Shown here: piece after piece, positions 37,267 to 46,374 of the stretch | How positions within the stretch are numbered: position 1 is the stretch's first letter | How the letters are laid out: the number at the start of each line of letters is the position of its first letter | Origin: an uncultured Candidatus Bathyarchaeia archaeon | GTDB taxonomy: Archaea > Thermoproteota > Bathyarchaeia > TCS64 | Direction: 5' to 3' | NCBI GenBank assembly: GCA_964487465.1 | Contig: CAZAQI010000003.1 | Location: 1 to 51,555 of the forward strand | Length of the DNA: 51,555 nucleotides | Position numbers and translations under genes: made by a program | The notes under the pieces: model-generated | Told to the model about the DNA's origin: nothing | Database searches by the model: none | The model's input: only the letters and a program-made list of their open reading frames with translations

Positions 37267-39231
37267 TTAATCGAGATATCTCTTAAACCATTTTATCATG
37301 TGTTCAAGCCTTTCTTCACGGTGTTTGGGTTTCCCTGATCTGCTTAAGTCGTGGTTTTCCTCTGGGAAACGAATAAACTCGGTATCAACACCAAGTATCT
37401 TGAGGGCTGTGAAGAGTTGTTCAGCCTGTTCCATGGGGCACCGGTAGTCTTTCTCGCTGTGAATTATCTGGGTGGGCGTTTTCACGTTCTCCACATAGTT
37501 TATTGGGCTTTTCTTCATGTACTCCTCTTTGTTTTCCCACCAGTAGCCCCCTATCTCTGTCTTCCCGAAGGTCCAGCCTATATCGCTTACTCCGAAGAAG
37601 CTTACCCAGTTGGTTATGCTTCTAAGAGTTGATGCAACTGCGAATCGATCTGTATGCGTAATGATCCAGTTGGTCATTACGCCGCCGTAACTTCCTCCTG
37701 TAACTCCAAGATTGTCCGTGTCTACCCATCCATTGTTCTCGACTACTACATCTACGGCTTTCATCAAGTCGTCATAATCTTGTTCAAAATAGCTACCTGG
37801 TAATCCTGCCTGGTATTCCTCATAGTAGCCTCCACTACCCCATGGGTTGATGTACATTATAGCCCATCCTTGGGCTGCCAGTACCTGGAACTCGTGTAAG
37901 AAGCTATTCCCATAAGCACCTCTTGGCCCACCATGAATGTGAAGTATTAGGGGGTGTTTTTTAGATTCATCAAAACCAGGTGGCTTCATTAGCCATCCTT
38001 CCACCTCGTGTCCAGCGTTACTTTTGAAGGTGAATCGCGTATGGGGCATTATCCGTGTACTTTCTCTGTATCCCTTGTTCAGGTCTGTTAGTTGTTTTGT
38101 TTTATCCTCCCTCATTACCCATAGTTCTATGGGCTCAGTGGTTTTCAGAGTCGTGTACGCTATTACCCCATCTTTGTTTATATCGAATGTCTCGACGCTG
38201 TGATCCACTTTTCCTATGAGTTTTTCAACGTCTCCCCCGTCTTTATGGATTCTGTGAAGTCCCGCTGTTCCAGTGTAGGTTGATGTGAAGTAAACATAGT
38301 CACCGCTCCATGAAGGGTTAGTGCTAGGACTGCTTACACGAATATCGCAACTCAGCTTGGTTCCAATGTCTTGATCAAATTCTAGGGTGATCGGATTTGC
38401 GTCTCCATTCTTGTAGATCCAGACCTCGCTGTTTGATCCTGAGCCGTTCCTGTAGTCATGTCCGGTGAAAGTTATCTCTTCTCCTTTAGGGTTTGGGGCT
38501 ATACCGCTTATACTCATGAGGGTGTCTGTTAGCTGCTCAGACTCTCCGCCATTGGCGTCAACCCTGTAGAGGTAGCTTCGTCTAACAATATCTGCGTCTG
38601 GCTCAAGGTTACTGCTGAATATAATGGTTTTTTCATCGCTACTCCACTTGGGGTTAGAGACATCAAACTCTCCATCTGTCACCTGCACTGTTTTTCCCAC
38701 CTCAAGATCAACTGTGAAAAGATGTTTCCTGATGTTTTCATAGAATCCTCTGCCATTAAACTTGTAGCTGAGTCTATCGATGACTTTTACATCGGTCTCA
38801 TCTCTATCTGTTCTCTCTACGCCGCTAACAAAGAGGATTTTATCCCCGCTAGGGCTCCACTCAGGGGATTCAACGTCCTCCTTCATCTCTGTTAATTGGC
38901 GGGCTTCTCCCCCATCCACAGGGATTACATATATCTGGGTTTTCGGTTTTTTCTCCTCTTCTTCTTTGGAGGGGGGCGTTGATGTGAATAATATGTGTTT
39001 ACCGTCTGGGCTCCAACTCGGGTTCTTATCCTTTCCTCTACTGGCTGTAAACTGGTATGGTTCGCCTTCATCGGTGTCCGCTATCCAGAGATGGTTGATG
39101 TATTCATCTTCCTCAAAATTCATCTCTGTATGAACGAAAACTACCTTTTTTCCGTCAGGGGAAATCCTCGGGGCGCTAATTATCTCGATCTCCTCAAGAT
39201 CCCTTATCTCCACTTTTTTCTTCTCAGGCAT
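37267..39231 (-). CDS. S9-family serine peptidase (acylaminoacyl-peptidase / prolyl oligopeptidase type) with an N-terminal beta-propeller
   Basis: Repeated SPDGK propeller motifs, the nucleophile motif GGSYGG, and the C-terminal D...H region (SEKDYRCP ... ENHDL). Confidence 0.85.
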   Translation of the reverse strand: MPEKKKVEIRDLEEIEIISAPRISPDGKKVVFVHTEMNFEEDEYINHLWIADTDEGEPYQFTASRGKDKNPSWSPDGKHILFTSTPPSKEEEEKKPKTQIYVIPVDGGEARQLTEMKEDVESPEWSPSGDKILFVSGVERTDRDETDVKVIDRLSYKFNGRGFYENIRKHLFTVDLEVGKTVQVTDGEFDVSNPKWSSDEKTIIFSSNLEPDADIVRRSYLYRVDANGGESEQLTDTLMSISGIAPNPKGEEITFTGHDYRNGSGSNSEVWIYKNGDANPITLEFDQDIGTKLSCDIRVSSPSTNPSWSGDYVYFTSTYTGTAGLHRIHKDGGDVEKLIGKVDHSVETFDINKDGVIAYTTLKTTEPIELWVMREDKTKQLTDLNKGYRESTRIMPHTRFTFKSNAGHEVEGWLMKPPGFDESKKHPLILHIHGGPRGAYGNSFLHEFQVLAAQGWAIMYINPWGSGGYYEEYQAGLPGSYFEQDYDDLMKAVDVVVENNGWVDTDNLGVTGGSYGGVMTNWIITHTDRFAVASTLRSITNWVSFFGVSDIGWTFGKTEIGGYWWENKEEYMKKSPINYVENVKTPTQIIHSEKDYRCPMEQAEQLFTALKILGVDTEFIRFPEENHDLSRSGKPKHREERLEHMIKWFKRYLD

Positions 39232-39322
39232 GTATTATCAAATATGATCCTTTCCTCTGGAAATAAAAAAACAGGTGTTGAGTTTCTCCTTTTCAGGTTT
39301 CATTGATACTATTGGAAATATA

Positions 39323-40375
39323 TTATCTAAAATTATGTTTATCCAGTATGCTTAATGCCTCATCGATGGGCAAAGCGTATCGTATGTGATCCTTATATCC
39401 CCGTAGAGTCTCGGCTTTGAACAAGGCATTGAGTACCGCTTCCTCAGTTGCTTCCACAACTCCATTGTATAAAGGACTCAAGAAACCATCCCCAGGTAGG
39501 GTTTTGTCCAGAGACTCAGTGAAATCGTCGCGGTTTAGTTCCCCTGTTGAAAACGCAATACTAAAGTCGCCGCTCCCATTGCTACTAAATGATCCTGTTC
39601 TTGCGAGACCCAGCATCGTTCGTTTAGCCAGTTTCCAGAGTTGTCTTGAACCTAATATCACATCCGTGGCTACTATCATCATTATGCTGTTACCCGGGCT
39701 TTTCTCCGATCTTTCAGGGAACTTGATCTCTCGTCCAACAGGTGCTCCCATTATTCTCAAATCCTCTTTTCTTCCACAGTTTAACTGAACCAATACTCCA
39801 ATGGTTGCTGTTCCGATTCTTCTTGAAGCAGTTCCTATTCCACCTTTAAACCCGTAACCTGTCATAGGGGTACCCCCACCTACGGACCCTTCATCTACCG
39901 GTCCTTCACATCCATAGGCTCTGTGGATTGCTCCAAAGACCTCTTTTTTACCTATTCTTCTTTCATGGTTATCGGTCAGGTAGCTGCCGTTTGTCTCACC
40001 TACCACCGAGTTCAGGCTTCTCGGAGTGAATCCAAGTCTCTCCGGGTAATAATCTATCAGTGCATCTGCTACTCGATAGGTGTTCAGAGTCTCAGTAAGC
40101 ATAATCGGTGTCTCTATGGTTCCTTCGTTAATGATCTGGCTGAGACCAACGGCTTTCCCATACCCATTAAACACATCCACTGCTGCTGAGACTTTTTCCT
40201 CGTAAAGGTTTCCCTTGTGGGGTGTTATAGCGGTTACTCCTGTTCTAATATCCTCTCCCTCAATCAAAGTATAGTGTCCAGCCCCCACACCCTCCACATC
40301 GGCTATGGTGTTGTGTCTCCCAGTCGGGAGTTCCCCTGGCTCTAAACCGTATTCTCTGACTCTCTCCCTTTTCAT
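39323..40375 (-). CDS. DmpA/P1 (formerly S58) family aminopeptidase
   Basis: The segments GVTAITP, GGIGTAS, NSIMMIVATDV and SNGSGDFSIAFS resemble the DmpA self-processing Ntn-type family. Confidence 0.7.
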   Translation of the reverse strand: MKRERVREYGLEPGELPTGRHNTIADVEGVGAGHYTLIEGEDIRTGVTAITPHKGNLYEEKVSAAVDVFNGYGKAVGLSQIINEGTIETPIMLTETLNTYRVADALIDYYPERLGFTPRSLNSVVGETNGSYLTDNHERRIGKKEVFGAIHRAYGCEGPVDEGSVGGGTPMTGYGFKGGIGTASRRIGTATIGVLVQLNCGRKEDLRIMGAPVGREIKFPERSEKSPGNSIMMIVATDVILGSRQLWKLAKRTMLGLARTGSFSSNGSGDFSIAFSTGELNRDDFTESLDKTLPGDGFLSPLYNGVVEATEEAVLNALFKAETLRGYKDHIRYALPIDEALSILDKHNFR

Positions 40376-40442
40376 GATTCAACTCATGGTTCTTGGGCAT
40401 ATAATTATTCCATTTATAACCCAGATCCGTGTATCTTCAGGT

Positions 40443-41327
40443 ATGAGTGGCAGGAACTGGTTTATAGAAAGATATAGGGCTATGGGATCCAGTTTAAACG
40501 GTGATGAGACCACTCCACAGGCTATACGAGTTAACCCCCTGAAAACCAGCGATGAGGAACTAGTTAACACTTTAACTGATCAAGAGGTTAAACTGGAGAA
40601 GATATCTTATCTTGATCATGGATACAGGGTCTTGGAATCGCCATTCAGCCTAGGGGCCAACATTGAGTATCTTCTCGGATTGTACTCGCTTCAGGAATCA
40701 GCGTCCCAGTACCCTGTTCAAGCATTAAACCCCTCCCCCTCAGATACCTTATTGGATATGGCGTCAGCCCCAGGTGGAAAAACAACTCAGGCCTCAGCCT
40801 ATATGCAGAACAATGGCATAATCGTTGCTCTCGATATTAGTCGTTCTCGTCTATATGCGACGGAGAACAATGTAGAGCGATGCGGTGTAACAAATATAAG
40901 CATACATCACGTGGATGCACTGGAGTTACCCGAAGAACCTGTATTCACAAAGATTTTACTGGACGCACCATGCTCTGGTAATTATGTGACTGATGCCTAC
41001 TGGTTTAAGAAAAGAAATCAGATCGATATAGAACATAATGCTGGTCTACAGAAGATGCTTCTTTCAAAGGCTTTGAAGCTATTGAAGCCTCAGGGGGTAT
41101 TGTTATACTCTACTTGCAGTCTTGAACCCGAGGAAAACGAGCTAAACATGCAGTGGCTGCTGGATAACCATGATGTAAACTTAATGTCCCTCGATGGCCC
41201 CGGTTCCCCTGGATTCACAGAGTTTAACGGTTCTTCACTTGATGATGAAATATCTAATTGTATGCGTTTTTGGCCGGATGAGACTGGTACTCAGGGCTTT
41301 TTCGTTGCCAAGGTGGTGAAAATATGA
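40443..41327 (+). CDS. NOL1/NOP2/Sun-family RNA (cytosine-C5)-methyltransferase
   Basis: Motif IV LLDAPCSG, motif VI YSTCSLEPEENE, and the SAM-binding segment DMASAPGGKT. The ATG at 40443 avoids the overlap with the DmpA gene created by the 40305 start. Confidence 0.85.
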   Translation: MSGRNWFIERYRAMGSSLNGDETTPQAIRVNPLKTSDEELVNTLTDQEVKLEKISYLDHGYRVLESPFSLGANIEYLLGLYSLQESASQYPVQALNPSPSDTLLDMASAPGGKTTQASAYMQNNGIIVALDISRSRLYATENNVERCGVTNISIHHVDALELPEEPVFTKILLDAPCSGNYVTDAYWFKKRNQIDIEHNAGLQKMLLSKALKLLKPQGVLLYSTCSLEPEENELNMQWLLDNHDVNLMSLDGPGSPGFTEFNGSSLDDEISNCMRFWPDETGTQGFFVAKVVKI

Positions 41328-41764
41328 GGCTATTACAACGTTTCCTAAGTGATATCGGCTCAAGTTACTCGCCTAGCGATGTATTGAATATTAACAACAA
41401 GCGCTTCACATCAGAGGTAGTCCCCCCAATAATGCTCTCAGAACAGGTCTACACGGGAATATATCTCGGACAGAATAAGCGCCGCTTCCAACCCAGCAGC
41501 ATATTACTTCAAAAACTCGCTGAGGACCCAGACACCCATAAAGTCTATGTTAATAGACAGACAGCGTGGCTTTTCGTCGTAGACAAAGATATCTTCGACG
41601 AGAATATAATCAAACGCACGGAAGGAGTACATCTCGGCGGGTACTGTCTAGTGATGTATAATGAACACTGTATAGGATATGGTCGATATGAAACAAGCCG
41701 TGAACTAAAGGTAGTGAAAAACATATATGATGTAGGGGATTTTCTGCGAAGGGAACAGGAATAG
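41324..41764 (+). CDS. Nip7-like (UPF0113/PUA-containing) protein
   Basis: ATGA overlap with the methyltransferase gene. The segment GIYLGQNKRRFQPSSILLQKLA, together with a C-terminal PUA-like segment, matches the Nip7 pattern. Confidence 0.55.
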   Translation: MRLLQRFLSDIGSSYSPSDVLNINNKRFTSEVVPPIMLSEQVYTGIYLGQNKRRFQPSSILLQKLAEDPDTHKVYVNRQTAWLFVVDKDIFDENIIKRTEGVHLGGYCLVMYNEHCIGYGRYETSRELKVVKNIYDVGDFLRREQE

Positions 41765-41795
41765 TGTTTTATCCTTTTTGTACCGATCTACGGGT

Positions 41796-42962
41796 ATGAG
41801 CATTTACAGTAGATACGGCGTCAAACGTGTAGTAAACGCAGCTTTTCACTTAACACGGTTAGGGGGAAGCACACTCTCACCAAACGTTCTCAAAGCCATG
41901 GAGGAGGCCAACGAATCCTATGCCTATATGTGGGACCTCATAAAGAAAGGAGGCGAACACATAGCTGAGAGAATAAACGCTCCAGCTGCTTGGATCACCA
42001 GCGGAGCCTTCAATGCACTTGTGTTGGCTGCAGCAGCCTGTATAGCCGGGAAAGACCCGGAGGCTATGAGACGATTACCCAAAACTGAGGGCATGAAGAA
42101 TGAGATAATTATCCAAAGGAACGCCCGGCTGCTTGTCTATGATAGGAGCATGGAGGTTGCTGGCGGTAAATTCGTATTTGTGGGTGATGAGAGATGGGGT
42201 TGTCCACCTGAGCAACTAGAGGCAGCTATCACCGATAAGACCGCGGCCATACATTACGCATACCCTGCGTGGGGGAACCCGTACATCTGCCCATTAGAGA
42301 AGGTGTTAGAGATCGGAAAACGGAATGGTGTACCTGTTATCGTTGACGCAGCTGGTGTAACCTATCCCAAGGATGTTCAGTCTAGATTCATGGAGATGGG
42401 ATGTGATCTAGTCGCTGTGGGTGGAAAATACGTGGGTGGACCTAACAGCACAGGTTACATTTATGGTAGAAAAGATCTCATCGAGGCAATAGGCTTACAT
42501 AGCTTCATCGGAGCCGAAGCAGGTCCCAAGGAGCAGTCAGGATTCTACAGGAGTCTGGGTAGAGGCTATAAGCTGGATCGTCAGGAGATCATCGGTTTAC
42601 TGGTTGCTTTTGATGAGTGGATGGAGATGGATCATGAGAAAGAACGTTTCAAACCTGCATGGGAGCGAGTTCACTATATTGAGGAGAACATCAAGAACCT
42701 ACCTGGCTTAGAGAACGCTAGGATGGAATATTACCCCAAGTCAGGTGAGGGCACCGGTTACCATACCATCGGGTTGCATATCACCTTGATTAATAAGAGC
42801 ATAGAGGAGACCAATGAATTGGTGAAGCAGATGCGTGAAAAAGACCCAGAGGTATGGGTAAGAAACTGGGGAACCAGCAACGACTTCATAATCAACACCC
42901 TTAACCTCCAGGAAGGCGACTCCGAGATAATAGTAGAGCGATTCAAGGAGATATTCGGGTAA
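41796..42962 (+). CDS. SelA-like (MJ0158-type) fold-type I PLP-dependent protein, unknown function
   Basis: The PLP-lysine region VAVGGKYVGGPNSTG parallels SelA SGDKLLGGPQAG. The ATG at 41796 is preferred over the TTG at 41778. Confidence 0.55.
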   Translation: MSIYSRYGVKRVVNAAFHLTRLGGSTLSPNVLKAMEEANESYAYMWDLIKKGGEHIAERINAPAAWITSGAFNALVLAAAACIAGKDPEAMRRLPKTEGMKNEIIIQRNARLLVYDRSMEVAGGKFVFVGDERWGCPPEQLEAAITDKTAAIHYAYPAWGNPYICPLEKVLEIGKRNGVPVIVDAAGVTYPKDVQSRFMEMGCDLVAVGGKYVGGPNSTGYIYGRKDLIEAIGLHSFIGAEAGPKEQSGFYRSLGRGYKLDRQEIIGLLVAFDEWMEMDHEKERFKPAWERVHYIEENIKNLPGLENARMEYYPKSGEGTGYHTIGLHITLINKSIEETNELVKQMREKDPEVWVRNWGTSNDFIINTLNLQEGDSEIIVERFKEIFG

Positions 42963-43325
42963 CCTACTGGTGTATGTTGGGAGACCTTTAACCGGCTTAA
43001 AGTCGGCTTCGACATAGACACTGTTTTGTTCGCGTTGTCCAGCTGGTATCCTTTGGCTGTATTATTCATGATGTTGAACCGTGTCATTGTCTTATTCACT
43101 ATGCCAATTAGGCAGACTTTTGCCTCTGGCATGGTCTCACCTGAGGAGACAGCTACTGCTATAGGTGTGAGTAATTCTGCTATGATGGATGTAAGAACTA
43201 TTGCACCGACTCTAGTTGGCTATATGTTTGAGGCTGTGAGCCTGACGTTGCCTTTATAAACGGGAGCTGTGTTGATGGCGTTGAAAGGCTGGTTTTTCTG
43301 GTCCTTCTTCAAGCCTGAGTCTTGA
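42963..43325 (+). pseudogene. C-terminal remnant of an MFS transporter with an in-frame TAA
   Basis: The frame is open from directly after the SelA-like stop. The segment PIRQTFASGMVSPEETATAIGVSNS...RTIAPTLVGYMF...LTLPL*TGAVLMALKGWFFWSFF looks like the last two or three MFS helices. No N-terminal half is present. The 3' end overlaps the DUF3795 gene. Confidence 0.55.
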
Positions 43326-43689
43326 TCCATGCCTCATAGCCCATTTCTTTGATGTTTTTCAGGTTCTCCACTGCTTTCTTGTGGTTACTGTGGCCGTCTG
43401 ATGCGAAGGCTTCTAACTTAGTGCATATAAATTCCGGGCACTGGCTGCAATAATTATAACGTTTTTCTATGGCGCATTTTCTTAACTCGCAGTCTGGACT
43501 CCAGTGGGGTTTATCAGGGCCTCTACATCCGTGACACATGGTTTGCTCAGGAGTTATGGTTTTCCCGTGATCTTGTTTGACCCAGTTGATTATTTCCTGT
43601 TGTTTCTTTTTGTCTCCTTTACCTGCTTTATATAAGTCGCAACTTGCACAGTTTAATCCACATATGGAGATTTTCCATCCCTTATTCAT
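43309..43689 (-). CDS. DUF3795 Cys-rich protein
   Basis: The cysteine patterns CGLNCASCDLY, CHGCRG, CELRKC and CSQCPEFIC are typical of DUF3795. Confidence 0.65.
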   Translation of the reverse strand: MNKGWKISICGLNCASCDLYKAGKGDKKKQQEIINWVKQDHGKTITPEQTMCHGCRGPDKPHWSPDCELRKCAIEKRYNYCSQCPEFICTKLEAFASDGHSNHKKAVENLKNIKEMGYEAWIKTQA

Positions 43690-43719
43690 GTTTGATAAAT
43701 TTCTTTGGTTTAATAATAA

Positions 43720-44568
43720 TTAAATGGTTGAGATTCCAAGTATTTCCACTGTTTTATCCCAGAGCTTGTCTTGGAGTTCTTTGTCATAGGTTTCGGGCGC
43801 TGTTTCCACCTCTTTTTTCCGGTGGAAGGCTCTTCCTGTTATATTTACTAGTCTAGGTTCGGTTGCAGCCCATACTGTGGTCTCTGCGCCCCTTTTGGGA
43901 GTGACTTGGGCTGGTCTTGCTAGTAGGTAGCCTAATCTGTTCAGGATTCCTTGCTTGTTTCTACCTAGCTGGGTAGCTGAGCTTCTGGGCTGGACTATGT
44001 TGGCTGTTACCCCTGTGCCTTGTATTCTCTCCGCTAGGGCATATGTATAAGTGGTGAGCATGAGTTTGCTGTTAGCGTAGGCTTGGGTTCCTTTATATCC
44101 TTTTTTCATCATTAGATCTTCAAAGTTTAACTCTCCGGTTCTGTGTAGGCCTGAGCCGTGGTTTATGATTCTTGATGGTGGTTTTTCTTTGAGTAATGGT
44201 AATAGGTTTTGGGTTAGTTTGAATGGGGCCAGATAGTTGGTGGATATGGTTTTCTCGTAACCTTCTGTGGTCTCTTGTCGGGTGTTGTGGATGGCTCCGG
44301 CGTTGTTTATTAGTACGTGAAGACAGGTGAAGCGGCTTTGGAACTCATTTGTGAAGCTGTCTATGCTATGCATATTGTTTAAGTCGCAGTGCATTCTGTA
44401 TACGCTGTGGCTGCCTGTAGCTTGTTTGATTTCTTTTTGTGCTGTTTCTGCTTTTTCTTGGTCTCGGCATACTAGTACTACTGTGGCTCCTTTTTGGGCT
44501 AGTTGTTTGGCGGTATGGTATCCTATGCCTGTGTTAGCTCCTGTGATGATGCAGAGTCTGCCTTTCAT
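43720..44568 (-). CDS. Short-chain dehydrogenase/reductase
   Basis: TGxxxGIG (ITGANTGIG), NNAG and YxxxK (YANSK) motifs. Confidence 0.85.
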   Translation of the reverse strand: MKGRLCIITGANTGIGYHTAKQLAQKGATVVLVCRDQEKAETAQKEIKQATGSHSVYRMHCDLNNMHSIDSFTNEFQSRFTCLHVLINNAGAIHNTRQETTEGYEKTISTNYLAPFKLTQNLLPLLKEKPPSRIINHGSGLHRTGELNFEDLMMKKGYKGTQAYANSKLMLTTYTYALAERIQGTGVTANIVQPRSSATQLGRNKQGILNRLGYLLARPAQVTPKRGAETTVWAATEPRLVNITGRAFHRKKEVETAPETYDKELQDKLWDKTVEILGISTI

Positions 44569-44736
44569 GTCTGGGTAGGATTTGTGGCGGTGGCTTTAAA
44601 TGGTGACGGAGTGGAAGAGGTTGGACGGAATATTGTTTATAGTGATGATGTATTGCATCTGGTAAACTGGAATATATAGAAACCCTGTTTGAGTAAAAAG
44701 ATGCTTAGCTTGAGCGATATATACAGTGTAAATGGG

Positions 44737-45879
44737 TTAGATACTATTCTTCAACTCATTTACCAGTAATGGTAAGAATGTGCCTACGTCTGTCACGATG
44801 CCTACCGCTTGGCTTGTTCCCCTGTCACTGAGCTTGGTGACTACAGCCGGGTTTATGTCCACGCAGATTGTCTTGACTCTGCTTGGCAGCATGTTCCCCA
44901 CGGCAATACTGTGGAGCGTTGAGGCCAGCATGATAACATAGTCAGCGTCCTTCACTTGTTTACGGTACTGTCTCTGGGCTTCGTCGCTGCATTTTATTAC
45001 CTCTGGTATGGGCCCGTCGTCGCGTATTGAGCCGGCTAGAACGTAGGGTACATTGTGTTTAGTAAGCTGGTAGAAAATACCTTTTTTGAGTTTGCCGTTT
45101 TCTACCAGAGCCTTTATGGAACCTGCTTTGAGTACCTGATTTATTGCTGCTATATGATTTCTAGGGTTCTGCACCTTGATGTTTTCAAGATCGACCCCGA
45201 GACTGGTGCCGTAGAGGGCTCGTTCAATGTCATGAACCGCCAACGCGTTACCTGAGAGCAGAGAGTCCACGTAGCCTAGCTCAACTAGTTCAGCTAGATG
45301 GGGGGCACCTCCTGTATGGATCACCGCGGGTCCAGCCACCACCACGATCTTGCCTCCGTTACCGGCTCTCTCTTTAATGCTACGGGCGACTTCCCGTATT
45401 ATTGATGTGGCTGGTTTCTCCGGTGACACGTCACTGTTCATGAACTCAAATACCCCCACGCCTTCCCTTGGGCGTTCCGGGTGTTTCACCTTGACGCCAC
45501 GTTGACCTACTACCACCAAGTCGCCTTTCTTCACCTCGGCTATGGGTTTACAGTAGGCTGTCTTCTTCTCAGGGTCCACGATGATATGTTTGTCCATCAT
45601 CTGGCTTTCCACCTTTATCCATTCACCTTGTATGTAGACCATGGTCTCATGGTTCGTGGTGCAGTAGAAGTCATCGGGGAGCATCATATCTCCCGGTGCC
45701 TCCATATATTCTACTTCAGGTGTCTCCGGGAGGGTAGCTCCAAGGCGCGTTACCTCCCTTATTATTGTGTCTAGTTGCTCCCTACTCTCAGCTATTAGCT
45801 GTATGCGTGTGGAGCTTGGATCGTGTTTTCTCTTGCCGACATTGAACTCTTGGAACTCAAACTCTGCTTGATGATCCAT
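44737..45879 (-). CDS. TIGR00300 / LOR-SDH-like family protein (ornithine-cyclodeaminase-type); the true 5' end probably lies upstream of 45879
   Basis: The segments EFNVGKRKHDPS and VVAGPAVIHTGG, and the overall length. The open frame upstream encodes IELHGHLIDSNILSQVLDTI, which resembles the family N-terminus. Confidence 0.6.
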   Translation of the reverse strand: MDHQAEFEFQEFNVGKRKHDPSSTRIQLIAESREQLDTIIREVTRLGATLPETPEVEYMEAPGDMMLPDDFYCTTNHETMVYIQGEWIKVESQMMDKHIIVDPEKKTAYCKPIAEVKKGDLVVVGQRGVKVKHPERPREGVGVFEFMNSDVSPEKPATSIIREVARSIKERAGNGGKIVVVAGPAVIHTGGAPHLAELVELGYVDSLLSGNALAVHDIERALYGTSLGVDLENIKVQNPRNHIAAINQVLKAGSIKALVENGKLKKGIFYQLTKHNVPYVLAGSIRDDGPIPEVIKCSDEAQRQYRKQVKDADYVIMLASTLHSIAVGNMLPSRVKTICVDINPAVVTKLSDRGTSQAVGIVTDVGTFLPLLVNELKNSI

Positions 45880-46374
45880 TATGGTGTCTAGGACCTGTGA
45901 GAGTATGTTAGAATCGATTAGGTGTCCGTGGAGTTCAATGATTTGAGAATATGTTTCTGTTGGTCGGAATGCTATCCCTTGCCATCTCTTTCACCGAGGT
46001 TTATTGGATTGCGGTGACCAGAGATAAATGTTTGGTCACAGCTGAGCGGTTATATTGGAGAGATATAGGTTTATTCGAAGAATGTAATATGAAGAGTAAT
46101 GCAGCGATTATTATTATTAGGAATACCACTAGGGGATGCTCCTCTGTCTGTCAGCCACGCTAATGATCTTACACCCCATTAACTCGAGTGAACCTCCAAG
46201 TTGCCCAACAGACCAGATGACTGTGACGATAAGAAAGACATCTATTACTATGGGTACTCGTTCTAGTGTAGTAATCTTAACCGGCTATCCTTCTATTTGG
46301 ACTAGGTGTATAATTATTATCTTAAGCCATATGTATCCGGTGATATTATCAATTGAACCCGTTTTACTTGTATT

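Noticed and set aside
36777-37270. Two small ORFs (36777..37046 and 37076..37270) in the gene-poor region upstream of the wHTH gene.
   Set aside because: I found no recognisable motif or ribosome-binding context. The second ORF overlaps the S9 peptidase stop. Neither can be supported as a gene from sequence alone, so they are left unannotated and mentioned only as part of a gene-poor region.
43026-43259. The 77-aa ORF from the track, considered as an independent small membrane protein gene.
   Set aside because: Similarity to the MFS C-terminal helices continues upstream of its TTG and downstream of its TAA. I therefore interpret it as part of a pseudogene remnant rather than a functional small gene.
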